The translations under genes and the position numbers were made by a program. The notes under the pieces were generated by a model. That model ran no database searches. It was not told the origin of the DNA and saw nothing but the letters and a program-made list of their open reading frames with translations. This document shows positions 1 through 13,257 of a stretch of 64,000 nucleotides of DNA, in pieces; the first letter of the stretch is position 1, and each line of letters begins with the position of its first letter. The DNA comes from Mayamaea pseudoterrestris (taxonomy: Eukaryota), in the NCBI GenBank assembly GCA_027923505.1, contig BROI01000022.1, positions 1 through 64,000 on the forward strand, written 5' to 3'.

Positions 1-3000
1 ACAGCAGGCCATGTATACACCCAAATGACACCAGAATGGTGCCAACATCATTTTAGGCTGCGCTACAAGATGGTATGCCTGGCTGGTGTCTAAGGATGGC
101 AATGTATTTGGTGACAACTTGTCACCAGTCTCAGCCCGCAGATGCCTTGACATTCAAATGCCCCTACAGCAGGCCATGTATACACCCAAATGACACCAGA
201 ATGGCGCCAACATCATTATTTAGGCTGTGCTACAAGATGGTATGCCTGGCTGGTGTCTCAGGGGATGGCAATGTATTTGGTGACAACTTGTCACCAGTCT
301 CAGCCTGCAGATGCCTTGACATTCAAATGCCCCTACAGCAGGCCATGTATACACCCAAATGACACCAGAATGGTGCCAACATCATTATTTAGGCTGTGCT
401 ACAAGATGGTATGCCTGTCTGGTGTCTCAGGGAACGGCAATGTATTTGGTGACAACTTGTCACCAGTCGCCCCCGCAGATGCCTTGACATTCAAAATGCC
501 CCTACAGCAGGCCATGTATACACACCAAATGACACCAGAATGGTGCCAACATCATTATTCAGGCCGCGCTACAAGATGGTATGCCTGGCTGGTGTCTCAG
601 GGACTACAATGTATTTGGTGACAACTTGTCACCAGTCTCAGCTCGCAGATGCCTTGACATTCAAACGCCCCTACAGCAGGCCATGTATACACCCAAATGA
701 CACCAGAATGGTGCCAACATCATTATTCAGGCTGTGCTACAAGATGGTATGCCTGGCTGGTGTCTCAGGGAACGGCAATGTAATTGGTGACAACTTGTCA
801 CCAGTCTCAATCCGCAGATGCCTTGACATTCAAATGCCCCTACAGCAGGCCATGTATACACCCAAATGACACCAGAATGGTGCCAACATCATTATTTAGG
901 CTGCGCTACAAGATGGTATGCCTGGCTGGTGTCTCAGGGGACTGCAATGTATTTGGTGACAACTTGTCACCAGTCTCAGCCCGCAGATGCCTTGACATTC
1001 AAACGCCCCTACAGCAGGCCATGTATACACCCAAATGACACCAGAATGGTGCCAACATCATTATTCAGGCTGCGCTACAAGATGGTATGCCTGGCTGGTG
1101 TCCCAGGGGACTGCAATGTATTTGGTGACAACTTGTCACCAATCTCAGCCCGCAGATGCCTTGACATTCAAATGCCCCTACAGCAGGCCATGTATACACC
1201 CAAATGACACCAGAATGGTGCCAACATCATCATTCAGGCTGCGCTACAAGATGGTATGCCTGGCTGGTGTCTCAGGGGACTGCAATGTGTTTGGTGACAA
1301 CTTGTCACCAATCTCAGCCCGCAGATGGCAGGACATTCAAATGCCCCTACAGCAGGCCATGTATACACCCAAATGACACCAGAATGGTGCCAACATCATT
1401 ATTCAGGCTGCGCTACAAGATGGTATGCCTGGCTGGTGTCTCAGGGGACTGCAATGTATTTGGTGACAACTTGTCACCAATCTCAGCCCGCAGATGCCTT
1501 GACATTCAAATGCCCCTACAGCAGGCCATGTATACACCCAAATGACACCAGAATGGCGCCATCATGATTATTTAGGCTGTGCTACAAGATGGTATGCCTG
1601 GCTGGTGTCTCAGGGAACAGCAATGTATTTGGTGACAACTTGTCACCAGTCTCAGCCCGCAGATGCCTTGGCATTCAAATGCCCCTACAGCAGGCCATGT
1701 ATACACACAAATGACACCAGAATAATGCCAACATCATAATTTAGGCTGCGCTACAAGATGGTATGACTGTTTTTTGACTCAGGGGACTGCAATGTATTTG
1801 GTGACAACTTGTCACCAGTCTCAGCCCGCAGATGCCTTGACATTCAAATGCCCCTACAGCAGGCCATGTATACACCCAAATGACACCAGAAAGGTGTCAA
1901 CATCATTATTTAGGCTGTGCTACAAGATGGTATGCCTGGCTGGTATCTCAGGGAACGGCAATGTATTTGGTGACAACTTGTCACCAGCCTCAGCCCGCAG
2001 ATGCCTTGACATTCAAACGCCCCTACAGCAGGCCATGTATACACCCAAATGACACCAGAATGGTGCCAACATGATTATTCAGGCTGCGCTACAAGATGGT
2101 ATGCCTGGCTGGTGTCCCAGGGGACTGCAATGTATTTGGTGACAACTTGTCACCAATCTCAGCCCGCAGATGCCTTGACATTCAAATGCCCCTACAGCAG
2201 GCCATGTATACACCCAAATGACACCAGAATGGTGCCACCATCATTTTTCAGGCTGCGCTACAAGATGGTATGCCTGGCTGGTGTCTCAGGGGACGGTAAT
2301 ATATTTGGTGACAACTTGTCACCAATCTCAGCCCGCAGATGCCTTGACATTCAAATGCCCCTACAGCAGGCCATGTATACACCCAAATGACACCAGAATG
2401 GTGCCAACATGTTTATTTAGGCTGTGCTACAAGATGGTATGCCTGGCTGGTGTCTCAGGGAACGCCAATGTATTTGGTGACAACTTGTCACCAGTCTTAG
2501 CCCGCAGATGCCTTGACATTCAAATGCCCCTACAGCAGGCCATGTATACACCCAAATGACACCAGAATGGTGCCAACATCATTATTTGGGCTGCGCTACA
2601 AGATGGTATGCCTGGCTGGTGTCTCAGGGGACTGCAATGTATTTGGTTACAACTTGTCACCAGTCTCAGCCCGCAGATACCTTGACATTCAAATGCCCCT
2701 ACAGCAGGCCATGTATACACCCCAATGACACCAGAATGGTGCCATCATCATTATTCAGGCCGCGCTACAAGATGGTATGCCTGGTTGGTGTCTCAGGGGA
2801 TGGCAATGTATTTGGTGACAACTTGTCACCAGTCTCAGCCCGCAGATGCCTTAACATTCAAATGCCCCTACAGCAGGCCATGTATACACCCAAATGACAC
2901 AAGAGTGGTGCCAACATCATTATTTAGGCTGTGCTACAAGAATTTATGCCTGGCTGGTGTCTCAGGGGACTGCAATGTATTTGGTGACAACTTGTCACCA

Positions 3001-4212
3001 GTCTCAGCCCGCAGATGCCTTGACATTCAAATGCCCCTACAGCAGGCCATGTATACACCCAAATGACACAAGAGTGGTGCCAACATCATTATTTAGGCTG
3101 TGCTACAAGATGGTATGCCTGGCTGGTGTCTCAGGGGACTGCAATGTATTTGGTGACAACTTGTCACCAGTCTCAGCCCGCAGATGCCTTGACATTCAAA
3201 GGCCCCTACAGCAGGCCATGTATACACCCAAATGACACCAGAATGGTGCCAACATCATTATATAGGCTGCGCTAGTCAACATGATGGTATGCCTGGCTGG
3301 TGTCTCAGGGGACTGCAATGTATTTGGTGACAACTTGTCACCTGTCTCCTCCCGCAGATGCCTTGACATTCAAACGCCCCTACAGCAAGCCATGTAAACA
3401 CTGAAATGACACCAGAATGGTGCCAACATCATTATTTATGCTCTGCTACAAGATGGTATGCCTGGCTGGTGTCTCAGGGAATGGCAATGTATTTGGTGAC
3501 AACTTGTCACCAGTCTCAGCCCGCAGATGCCATGACTTTCAAACACCCCTACAGCAAGCCCTGTAGATTCCCAAAATACACCAGAATGGCGCCAACATAA
3601 TTATTCAGGTTGCGCTACAAGAAGGTAGGCTTGGTGGGTGTCTCAGGGGATGTCAATGTGACTGGTGAGAAGTTATCACCAGTCTCAGCCCGCAGATGCC
3701 ATGACATTCAAATGCCCCTACAGCAAGCCCTGTAGGTGCCCAAATTACACCAGAATGGTGCCAATGATTTTGGTAGGCCCATACCGTGACCAAATTTAGC
3801 CTGATTGGTGCCAGCAGCCTTTTTTCCAGTGCTCTACAAGATGCATTGTCTGGCTGGTCCCCTGGTAGACTGCAATGTGATTGGTGATATCTTGTCACCA
3901 GTCTCAGCCAGCAGATTCCATGATTTTCAAACACCCATACTAGAGTAATATGTATGCCCAAATCATGCCAGAATAGTGCTAACATCCTTATTGTAAGTCC
4001 GCTACAAGATGCTTTGCCTGACTAGTCCCTAGGTAGACTGCAATGGGATTGGTGACAACTTGTAACCAGTTTAAGCCAAAGGATGCAATGATTTTCAAAC
4101 ACCCATACCTAGAGCCATGTGTATGCCCTAATCATTCCAGAATGGTGCTTACATCCTTAATTCAGGTGCGCTACAAGATGCATTACCTGGCTGGGCCCTC
4201 AGTAGATGGCAA
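1..4212. repeat. Tandem satellite array A, 169-bp monomer, ~25 copies in window (continues past window start)
   Basis: Motif AAATGACACCAGAATGGTGCCAACATC recurs every 169 bp (equivalent ORF starts at 866, 1035, 1204). Copies are near-identical to ~3270, then progressively diverged. Confidence 0.98.
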
Positions 4213-4754
4213 TGCTGGGATCCCCGTTTTGGCCGACGAACAAAGCAACATTGAAAAGGACATCGACACGGTCTCAGCGGCACCAAGACACGGAAGATCC
4301 CGTTCACGACCACACTCCCACGACGGCGAGAGTAGAAAGTCAGCCACTGGCTCAAACCCTACACACTTCACCGTACCCGAAGAAGTCACGACTGACAACC
4401 GTAGAAAGACTACCACAAGCACATCGAATACTGGAACCGGCGTACACAGCGAATGTTTGGCCCCTACAGAGCGAAGCCGTGCAAACACTACCAGCAGTGA
4501 AGACTATACTGCCAATTCTGTAGACGGACGAGAGCCATCCCGCCTACGGGATGGCCAGTACAAAATGACACGACCGGTAGACAATATACATACGTATGAA
4601 TGAGAAGCCACTTTTGGATGCGAAATCGACCGCTTCACTTTCGTCTCATTCTAGAGGATCTACTAACAATAGATTCAAAGTTTCCCCAGTCTTTTAGCGT
4701 TTAAACCGTCTTTTCTCCCTACTCCACGCGGACCTTCATCTTGGATCTCAAGCA
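4213..4754 (+). repeat. 5' LTR of copia element 1 (542 bp)
   Basis: TGCTGGGATCCCC...GATCTCAAGCA, near-identical to 14513-15055. Confidence 0.96.
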
Positions 4755-4892
4755 AAGTAATTACTTGCCGATTGAACCAAGATCTTTTTACCAAGTTTCC
4801 AAAGCATTGAACAAAACCGGACGCGGATTTCTTCAAGCCCTTTCTGTCAACCTCGAATTTCCAACGCTCTGTAGCAACAAGCGGAGTATTGA

Positions 4893-6598
4893 GTGAGCAA
4901 GAGCAAGTCTACAAGCGACCCTTTTGCCTTTATCTTTCAGTTTACCTCGAGTCGGATCAAGCGTTTGATCAAGGCCAACGTTGTCGAGCAGATTTCAAGT
5001 CTCCATCAGTTGAGCAGAACTACTTTACCTAGTCTGCCCGCTTCTCCTCCTCCTCTTCTTTCTCAACCTGTTTCAATTACTGAACGGCCCAGTAATCCGT
5101 TCCCGCCCCCTAAAAAGCAGAAGCACATTCCACCGGCCAAAACCCGACAGCCTCGCCTTTCCACACCCCTACCGTCAAGCGAAGCCTTGCCAAAGACAAG
5201 CGTTTCGCCTGGATCTTTCGAGGCATTCTACCGCCGCCTTCATCAAAGCCAATCGACCCGGAACAAGTTTGTGAGCAGCGCTTCAATCAGTTTAAAGACC
5301 TTGCCAACAATGAAGTGTTTTACAGTCACATTGCGGAAGAATTCAAAGAAGAAGGATTAGCAAAAGTTGCCGAGTCAACCGCACAATCAGGCGTCGAAAC
5401 AAGTTACATCGACAGCAACGTACCCTTTCTCAAAGCCTTCATCTTTTCTCCAAAGTCATTAATCTTCCTTGACGAAAAGCGAGCAGACTTTTACAAGAGC
5501 CTTGATCTTTGCCGACCGAACAATCCTTTCACGCCCGAAGAGAAGGAGATTCTTCTACTAGAAGACACTTTGCGCAACGAGCGAGACGAATTCGAAGCAA
5601 AAGACCTATCGCATCCAGTAACTCTTTACTTCCTCAAGAAGACTCGTTTCCTGCTTCAAAAGGACGAAGAAATCAGACGTCAAGACTTGCAAAGACTTTC
5701 TGAAGTACCAGATATAAACACAGAGACGACGTGCGCTTGTTCTGTGTGCATCTGTTTGTAAACACACGCATCCCTCGCCAAGCAGCAACTCATCGCCAGT
5801 CAACGAGCAATTAGAGACATCGCCAACAAGCATGACGCATACTTGCCGATCAATCAATTCACTTCGCCAACAAGAAGCAAATAGCGCCAGTTAGACAAGC
5901 GCATCGACACGAGACCATAGCAACAAACTCTTCGCTCTCAACTTTCAAGCACTTACCAAGAAGCACCTCGCATCGCAACAGTTCAAAGCGTTGCAGACCG
6001 TCGTCAAGCACTTCTTCAACAACGAAACAGACAGCGACAAGCAAGTCAAGAGCGCGCATCAACAACGCAACAAGCTTCGATCAATCTTCAACGCAATCGA
6101 ATCACTGTTAGTCAAAGACGCAATCAACGTCGCAACGAAACGAACAGCAATCGTCCTTACCAACAGCGTTTAAGACAACAACAAGCGAATCGAAGCGTCA
6201 CGCCAACCCGACAGCAAAACCGAACCTCCAATCCAATCCTTCGAGTCCAGCCTCGCATCAACGACACGCGCAACACTACAACTCATCATACACGCGATAT
6301 AAACAGTCTTCAAGCTCAAGTAACTCGTTTAAATCATCTTCTTAATCAACAACAACGACAGCTGCACTTACAAGCTCAACGAAATCGACAAGTGACAAAT
6401 CAACAACGTGTCCATCGTCGCGATCAACACGCTCAGCAGTTCCACGCTCGTTCACGTTTTCAAACTCCGTCACATCAGCAACTCAATTGGCCACGTCAGC
6501 AACGTTTAGCTACCCCAAACCGTCAATCTTCATTCGCCGACAACAACGTTAGCTATCAACGTCCAACCAATAGCCAAAACTTTTACTACTCATTCTAA
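4893..6598 (+). pseudogene. Disrupted extra ORF (ORF0) upstream of gag in element 1, Q/R/N-rich C-terminal part
   Basis: ORF pieces 4893-5360 and 5315-5761. The latter frame is open again from 5921 to 6598 and ends 8 nt before the gag ATG. No recognisable domain. Confidence 0.45.
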
Positions 6599-6606
6599 TC
6601 GCAACC

Positions 6607-9359
6607 ATGACCGACCAACAAGAAGACATAACTATGAATGCGCTCTACAAAACGCCAAAGATAACCAATACCATCGAAGCCTTTCCATCATGGTTCAACC
6701 AGTTCAAGAATCATGCAAGAATTGCAGGCTGCCGCCGTCCTATAAGAGGCAGTCGACCCGAGCATTTACCAGCTACTCAACATGAAGTCATTACTGATCC
6801 CGCAGCGAACGCAACAGCAGACGAAATCCAAATCATTCGAAACCAACAAGCGGAACGCAAGCAGAATGAAACGCTCATGCAAATGCTTTCCATCGCATTG
6901 TCGCCATTCCCCGAGTTGAACGACCATCTTGTCGGAGCAGAATCAACAGAGTATCCAGGAGGCGAAGCTTGGAAGGTTATCAACGCATTGGAAATCAAGT
7001 TTTCTCCAGACAAGTTCATGGCGCCAACACTTTACCGACGAAGCATTCAAAATCTCAAGCTCGAACGACCAACTGCAAACCCTCAAGACCTCATCGACCT
7101 CATGCAATCGCAAGCCATCAAGTTCAACCAAACGCTTCTTGCAGAAGACCTGATGGCTACGCTCATGAACAAACTGCCGCCTCAATACTGCCTCGCTTTA
7201 GCACAAGAGCAAAAGACCAAGCAACGCGCCCTGACCAAGACCGAAATGGAGGGCGTCGTGTCGACCAGGACTGCAGCAGAATGAAGAAGCTTTACCCGCA
7301 AGGTGACAACGTTGTCTCATAGATGCGCGACCAAACCGCACAAGAAACTTCACGCCAACAAAACACTCGTCAGCATCAAGCGCCGCCAACTCGCAATGAA
7401 CGCCCACAAACCAACTATAACAACACGCGAAATCCGCCATCATTCAAATGCTACCTTTGCCATCAACCGTATCATCGAAGCGCCGACTGCTTTGAACGAG
7501 TCGAAAACGCCCATCGTCGGCCTCGCGGATGGAACACCCGTCTGTCAATTGAAGCTCGTCGTCAATTGGAAGATGAAGAAGCACGAGAGCAACAAGAGCG
7601 GGGTTTAGAACGACCAAGAGAGCGTCCTCGCAATTCAAATCGACATCAAGATCGTCGTCTTCCTCAAGATGATCAACAAGAAGACCGTCGATATCGCCAG
7701 AATCGCAACAACGAGCGCACAAGAGACCAACCAAGAGACAATGATTATCGTCGTCGAGATCATCAAGAGCAACCGCGTCAACTTGAGCATCAAAACCATC
7801 GTCAAGAGCCTCACCCGCGAACCATCATGCGCGAACAAGTGCCTCGTCAAGCGCCATTACTACTCGAACAAGGACTTGCAGCAGTACACGAAGCCCTTCA
7901 GTTGACTCAGCGATCGCATCGTTCCTCATCGCAACGTTCCTCTTCAAGCCGCCGTTATCCTTCTACAAACTCAAGGAGCGAATTTGCCTTCATACATGCC
8001 GACTTAGTTGACGAAACTTATCCAGCACTCCCTACTCGCACTCCTGCAGCTCCAACACCGTCGCCTTTATATCCACAAACCAATTGGCGTGGTCTACAGC
8101 CACATCAGATTAAAGACTATTCATCGGAAGATGATTCATCAATCGAGCAGCAACCAGCACCACCAACAACTCGAACGAAACGCACAAGAACAACGTCAAG
8201 CTCCACCAACAAGAAGCAAGCTGTCGAATTGGTGCCTTTAACAAAGTCGTCCGCAACGAGTGAGTCACCAAAGCCAAAGCCAAATCTTCCATCGTCAAAT
8301 CTTAATGGACGCAGTTGGGCATCCATATGCGGCGACCCAAGCACAAGTGATGATGAAGAAAGCGACTTTGAAGACGACTTCGTCAACAGCAAGACTCCAA
8401 CCGAGCAAGAACGGAAACACTTCAACACTTTAATTCAAAACATTGAAACACTTGAGCAAACGAAGCAAGAAGACGGGAAGGGTCTACCATTCCATGAACA
8501 AGACAAGCCAAGTAAATCAGAGCAACAAGTGCACTCATCAATTGAAGAGCAAGCAAACAATCTCAACGATCCCTACCACGGCTACGACGCTACGCAAAGC
8601 ACCAATAACGTCACAACGAGCAGCGACACAACTGAAACCACCAATCTTGAGCCAACAATCACAAACGCCAACGAATGCGACACACATGAGCGCACCGACA
8701 ACGTCACAACTTGCAGCGCTGATAAAGATTCAACTCCAACAACAAGTCCTCCAATTGAATTGAAAGAAGAAGAAAGTGTAGAAGAACTGGTAGCAACAAG
8801 CTTTGCGCAATGGCGAGGAGACTGGCTACCCAAAGACTTTCTTACAGCAGACGAACTAAAAGAAGTCGAGCACTTGTATCCAACCTTTGCTCCAAGAATT
8901 CCAAACAACATTCCACCACAAGCCAACTCGAGTGATCTACCGCCATTCCATGTCATGCAAAGCGTCCTGTTCATCAATCCTCCACTGTACGAGCTATCGG
9001 ACGCCGTAAAAGTGATGTTTGCAGATCTACAAGAATTCTTTCTCGAGCACATAGCCATGCCACACGCCTTTACGCATCAAGAAGCAATTGACTCAACGCG
9101 AGACCGCTACTACCAATACACTGGTCTTCGAGTCTGGGATACAGAGCGAGTCGAAATCATCATGAGCAATCCTGGCGACGAAGAAACCAATTCAGACGAC
9201 GCAACTTACGATTCAGATGCATACCCAAGCAGTCAAAGTTACGGATCAGACTCCTTCACATACGAAGGCTATCAAGCTTTTCTTCAAGCATGGGAGCACC
9301 GCAATCAAGCGCCTGAACATGTCGTCTCTCGGCAGACGAAACCACCATTGAGCAAATAA
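6607..9359 (+). pseudogene. gag: gag of copia element 1 with long C-terminal extension (frameshift near 7270-7320)
   Basis: Copia gag-like 'AFPSWFNQFKNHARIAGC'; CCHC knuckle CYLCHQPYHRSADC at 7449-7490. Confidence 0.8.
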
Positions 9360-9552
9360 AGAAGGGATGAGCAAGACATCGAAACAAACCCTGCAAAGCG
9401 CCCGCCGCCATGCTAGAACGTTTCAGCCAAAGGCGTTTCCTCAAGGATCTCATCTTCTGGTTCGAAGAAATCAATGAAGAAGACGAAGAAGCACTGTTTG
9501 ACGAACGTTTAAAAGTTGTCATCAATCATGCAATTGCCAAGGAGGTCAAAAG

Positions 9553-12500
9553 ATGAGCACTCGAAGGAACATTGCGAACCCGCAGCACCCTAGAAGAAGA
9601 CCTCCGCAACGTCGGCTTGGAATTCATCAAAGACTTAACGACTTTCAACTACCTCGATCAATTTCCAGAAAGCGAGAGAGAAGCAGAACGACAGGAACTA
9701 CTAGACCTCCTTGCAGAACGCTAGGCAAGAGACGCACGCGAAGCAGCAGAGCAACGTGCACGCAGATACCAGCCTCCAGCTCGCAATTCAAATCAACTGC
9801 AACACGAAAGCCCAAATCCATTCAATGCATTGAGAGCGCCAATGCCTACACACGAAAAACAACAACCCACAAGACCTCGCTCAACTCCATTACGGTAACC
9901 AACTTGGATATCTTGAAGCATCCTGAAATCTTCATCGGCGATACCGCAGCAACCGTCGACTGTACACCTCATCCAGAAGGCCTGTTCGATGCCCGTCAGA
10001 TACGAAATGAAGGCATCACAATGGGAAATCAAACAGTCGCAGACATTCAAACCATGGCGAAGCTGGCCGTCGCGATCGATTTGGCAATCCTCTCTACCAA
10101 GGAGTCCTCAACAACGTTGCTTACGCGCCCGACTGCGCCTTCAATCTGTTCAGCATCACTCAACGTTTAGCGACAGGATGGAACCTCCGCAGCGGCAACA
10201 AGAAGATTTGGCTAGAGAAAGAAAACCAACACTCCATCGTCTTCGACTTGCTGATTCCTACCAAGCGAGGTCATCTTTACTGCATGTACTTGAGACGAGT
10301 CATTCCAATGCCATTAGTTCAAGCGCCTCGTAACGAGTTCGCCATGATTGCAGCCAACTTGCTTCCGACACGCCGTCTCTCCTACAAACAAATGCACGAA
10401 CTGTGTGGACACCAAAGCCCCCAAATGACACTCGCAATTGCCAAACACTTCAAATGGGAAATACATGGATCGTCCAAGAACAAGTGTGTTGCCTGCGCAA
10501 TAGGCAAAGCCAAGAAACAACCGGTCCCTCAAATATCACCACGCATCCGAGCCACAGAACCAGGCGAGCGACTCTACATGGACCTTTCTTCATTCAGAGT
10601 CATGAAGAGCAAATCAGAACTTGGATTCTCCTCCATTCAACCGCAATGGCAACTCATTGTCGACGAAGCGACAGGCTACAAGCACAGCGCCATGTACCGC
10701 ACAAAAGGGGAAATCGTCGAGCCGACATGCCAGATGCTCTACTACCTCATCCAACGCGGCATTACAGTCAAATACCTTCGAATGGACAACACTGGAGAGA
10801 ACCAAGCACTAGCCAAATCAATGAAGAGCTCCGCTTGGAAATTGCCGATCGAAATTGAATGGACCGCAAGAGACACCCCGCAGCAGAACAGCCTTGTCGA
10901 AATTGGATTCCCGACGCTCAACAATCACACGCGAGCCATATTCACCGCTCAAAACATCATTTTCTCGTTTCATGGTCCTGGCACCGTGCCTCGAATACGG
11001 CAATCTGCTATCGCGACAATCGGCACTCTAGCGCAGACTTCGGATTCAAACACCTCTACGGGACCCAGTCGCCCATCAACAAGAAACTACATTCATACGG
11101 CGAAGCAGTCACTGTCCTGATATCCGGATTAAAGTCTCATCTAGCACCAAAAGAATTCCAAGGCATCTTTGTCGTACAGCAAAATCACCCGAGCAGATGC
11201 CGTGCGTCTTCAATCCCGAGACCAATCGCGTACATGACGTCAAGGACGTCACATTTCTTCACCGACCGTACTTTCAACCTAAGCCCCCGCGTCACGAAAT
11301 CGTCACTACACCACTCATTGACGTCATTTCCTGCAGCAGCAACTACAGCAGTCTTTTCTCACCGCATCACCATGGGAATCTGCCGCCGCCACCCGCGAAA
11401 TCTCCAGACGACAAGAACAAGAAGAAACCAACGTTCCACACTAAGCGCCTCCTGACACGATCTACCTCACTGATTGATCTGACTGACCATGACACTCCAG
11501 AGGCATCGGAAGTCTCACCAACAAACTCAATCCAATCAGCTCCCGACACCTTCAACCCAACTGCACTTACAATATTCCATCCAAATGCACATGCACCAAC
11601 AAATGCAGAAGAAGAAGTGGCAGACGCACCCAATACGCCTCAATCTCCAAGAGCGCATCCTACAATTGCTGATCGACAAGCGGACGCAATACAAAGACAC
11701 ATCGCTCGATTCTCATCAAACCACTCACGAGGATCACAAAGCTCAAGATCATCTACACGCTCCACCCGATCCAATCCTGGTGGCTTGCGTCGCACTACAC
11801 GAGAAACAAGAACACCAACTCGATTCGATCCGACCAATCCTGCAACATTCGCCGCTATACTCGCCGCACTCGACGAACGATTCGGCAATCGCACAACACT
11901 ATACAACGCATGCGACAACGGCTATGACAGTGACCGATCAGCTGAATCAGAATATGACAAGTACTGCGAGTCTGACGAGCAAGAATTCCACCGCCGACCA
12001 TATGACGACCAGCAAGACGAAGAATCAGTCTCATCGAACGGGTCCATACCTCCTCTGGTACCTCGAAATGACGACTACAGCAGCGCAGGTGACAGCGAAG
12101 CTCCTGAACTATGGGGCAACGAAGACAGTTTCTGTTTGCCTACACAAGATCAACGTTACGAAGCTGCCTACGAGCCATCACACGAGCGCAATGACGACTC
12201 CGTATCATTAAATGATTCCATACCCGACTTAGTCCCAAGAGCCGACGACCATAGCAGTGCAGGAGACAGTCAAGCAATCGAGCTGTGGGACATTAATGCA
12301 GACGACGATGAATATGAAGAAGAGCTCACCCAAGCAAATGGACGTCCCGCACCTCAACCAGCCGCACCTCAAGCGTCTATCGAAACAGTGATCACGACTC
12401 GAGTCTCCAATGTTTGCAGCCCGACTCTTCAACTCGGGAAGGGTTTCAACCCAGATGACCATGAAGATAAAACATCTATACTAGTCACCGAGACACAAGA

Positions 12501-13257
12501 CGAAAGCGACGAGTCGACAAACCAGCAAATCGATCTACCGCCAGAACAACTTGCCATCATGGCCGACCTCCTACACGTTCCCTCTTCAACGATTCTCGAC
12601 GACACACATACATCCGTCCATGATTCGCCATACCAACAAGAAAACGACCATGAAGATCAACAAAGCTTCCATAGCGCCGACTTGATCCCTGCAGAAATCC
12701 ATTTAAACCTCGACGAGACAAGCGAACCACCGAACGAGCCCACAAATTCCACCTTTGAATACTTCTTCCGCGACATGCCCAGCACGCCGTCTAGTGCAAG
12801 CATCTTCTACGACGCGTCTCCCATTCCCACACTCGGAGAGTTTGCGTGCGTTGGAGCGGGCATTGGAGGCGGATTCATCAACACAGAAGAGTTGCATACG
12901 ATCAAGTTCAAGCAAGCCATGGGCAGCCAAGCGTCCCGAATGGATCAAGGCAATTCACAAGAAGGACACTCATCAGCACTGCACAGTCCAAGTCGTGTCT
13001 CGCAGCATGATACCACCTCGAACAAAGTGCATGACAAGCAATTGGGTGCTCAAGAAGAAGTCAATTGGAACAGACAAAGCACGAATCACAGCAAGAGGCT
13101 ACGAACAAGAAGACGGAATCCATTACGACAGCAACAAGATCTCATCTCCAGTAGCATCGCCAACGTCCATCAAGATTGTCACAACTCTTGCCATCATGAT
13201 GGGATACGAGCCACACATCTTCGATATAAGCGGAGCCTTCCTCTACGGCACGTTTGA
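9553..13257 (+). pseudogene. pol: pol: aspartic protease, integrase and long acidic integrase C-terminal linker (several frameshifts)
   Basis: Protease-like IFIGDTAAT (~9930); HHCC motif HELCGH...CVACAIGK; core motifs LYMDLS, IVDEATGY, YLRMDNTGE, TPQQNSLVE. Confidence 0.85.

Noticed and set aside
75..3985. Many repeated ~113-aa ORFs (MTPEWCQHH...) in satellite A
   Set aside because: The monomer is 169 bp (not a multiple of 3), so frames rotate and stop; these are by-products of the repeat
1..4212. CRISPR-like array (palindromic repeat at regular spacing)
   Set aside because: The sequence between palindromes is the same in each unit, so there are no unique spacers; no cas genes; eukaryotic context
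4043..4603. 186-aa ORF spanning the satellite/LTR junction
   Set aside because: Chance fusion of a satellite frame with the open LTR frame
12043..12217. 174-bp spacing of the integrase peptide repeat equals the satellite B monomer length
   Set aside because: No nucleotide similarity to the satellite seen; treated as coincidence
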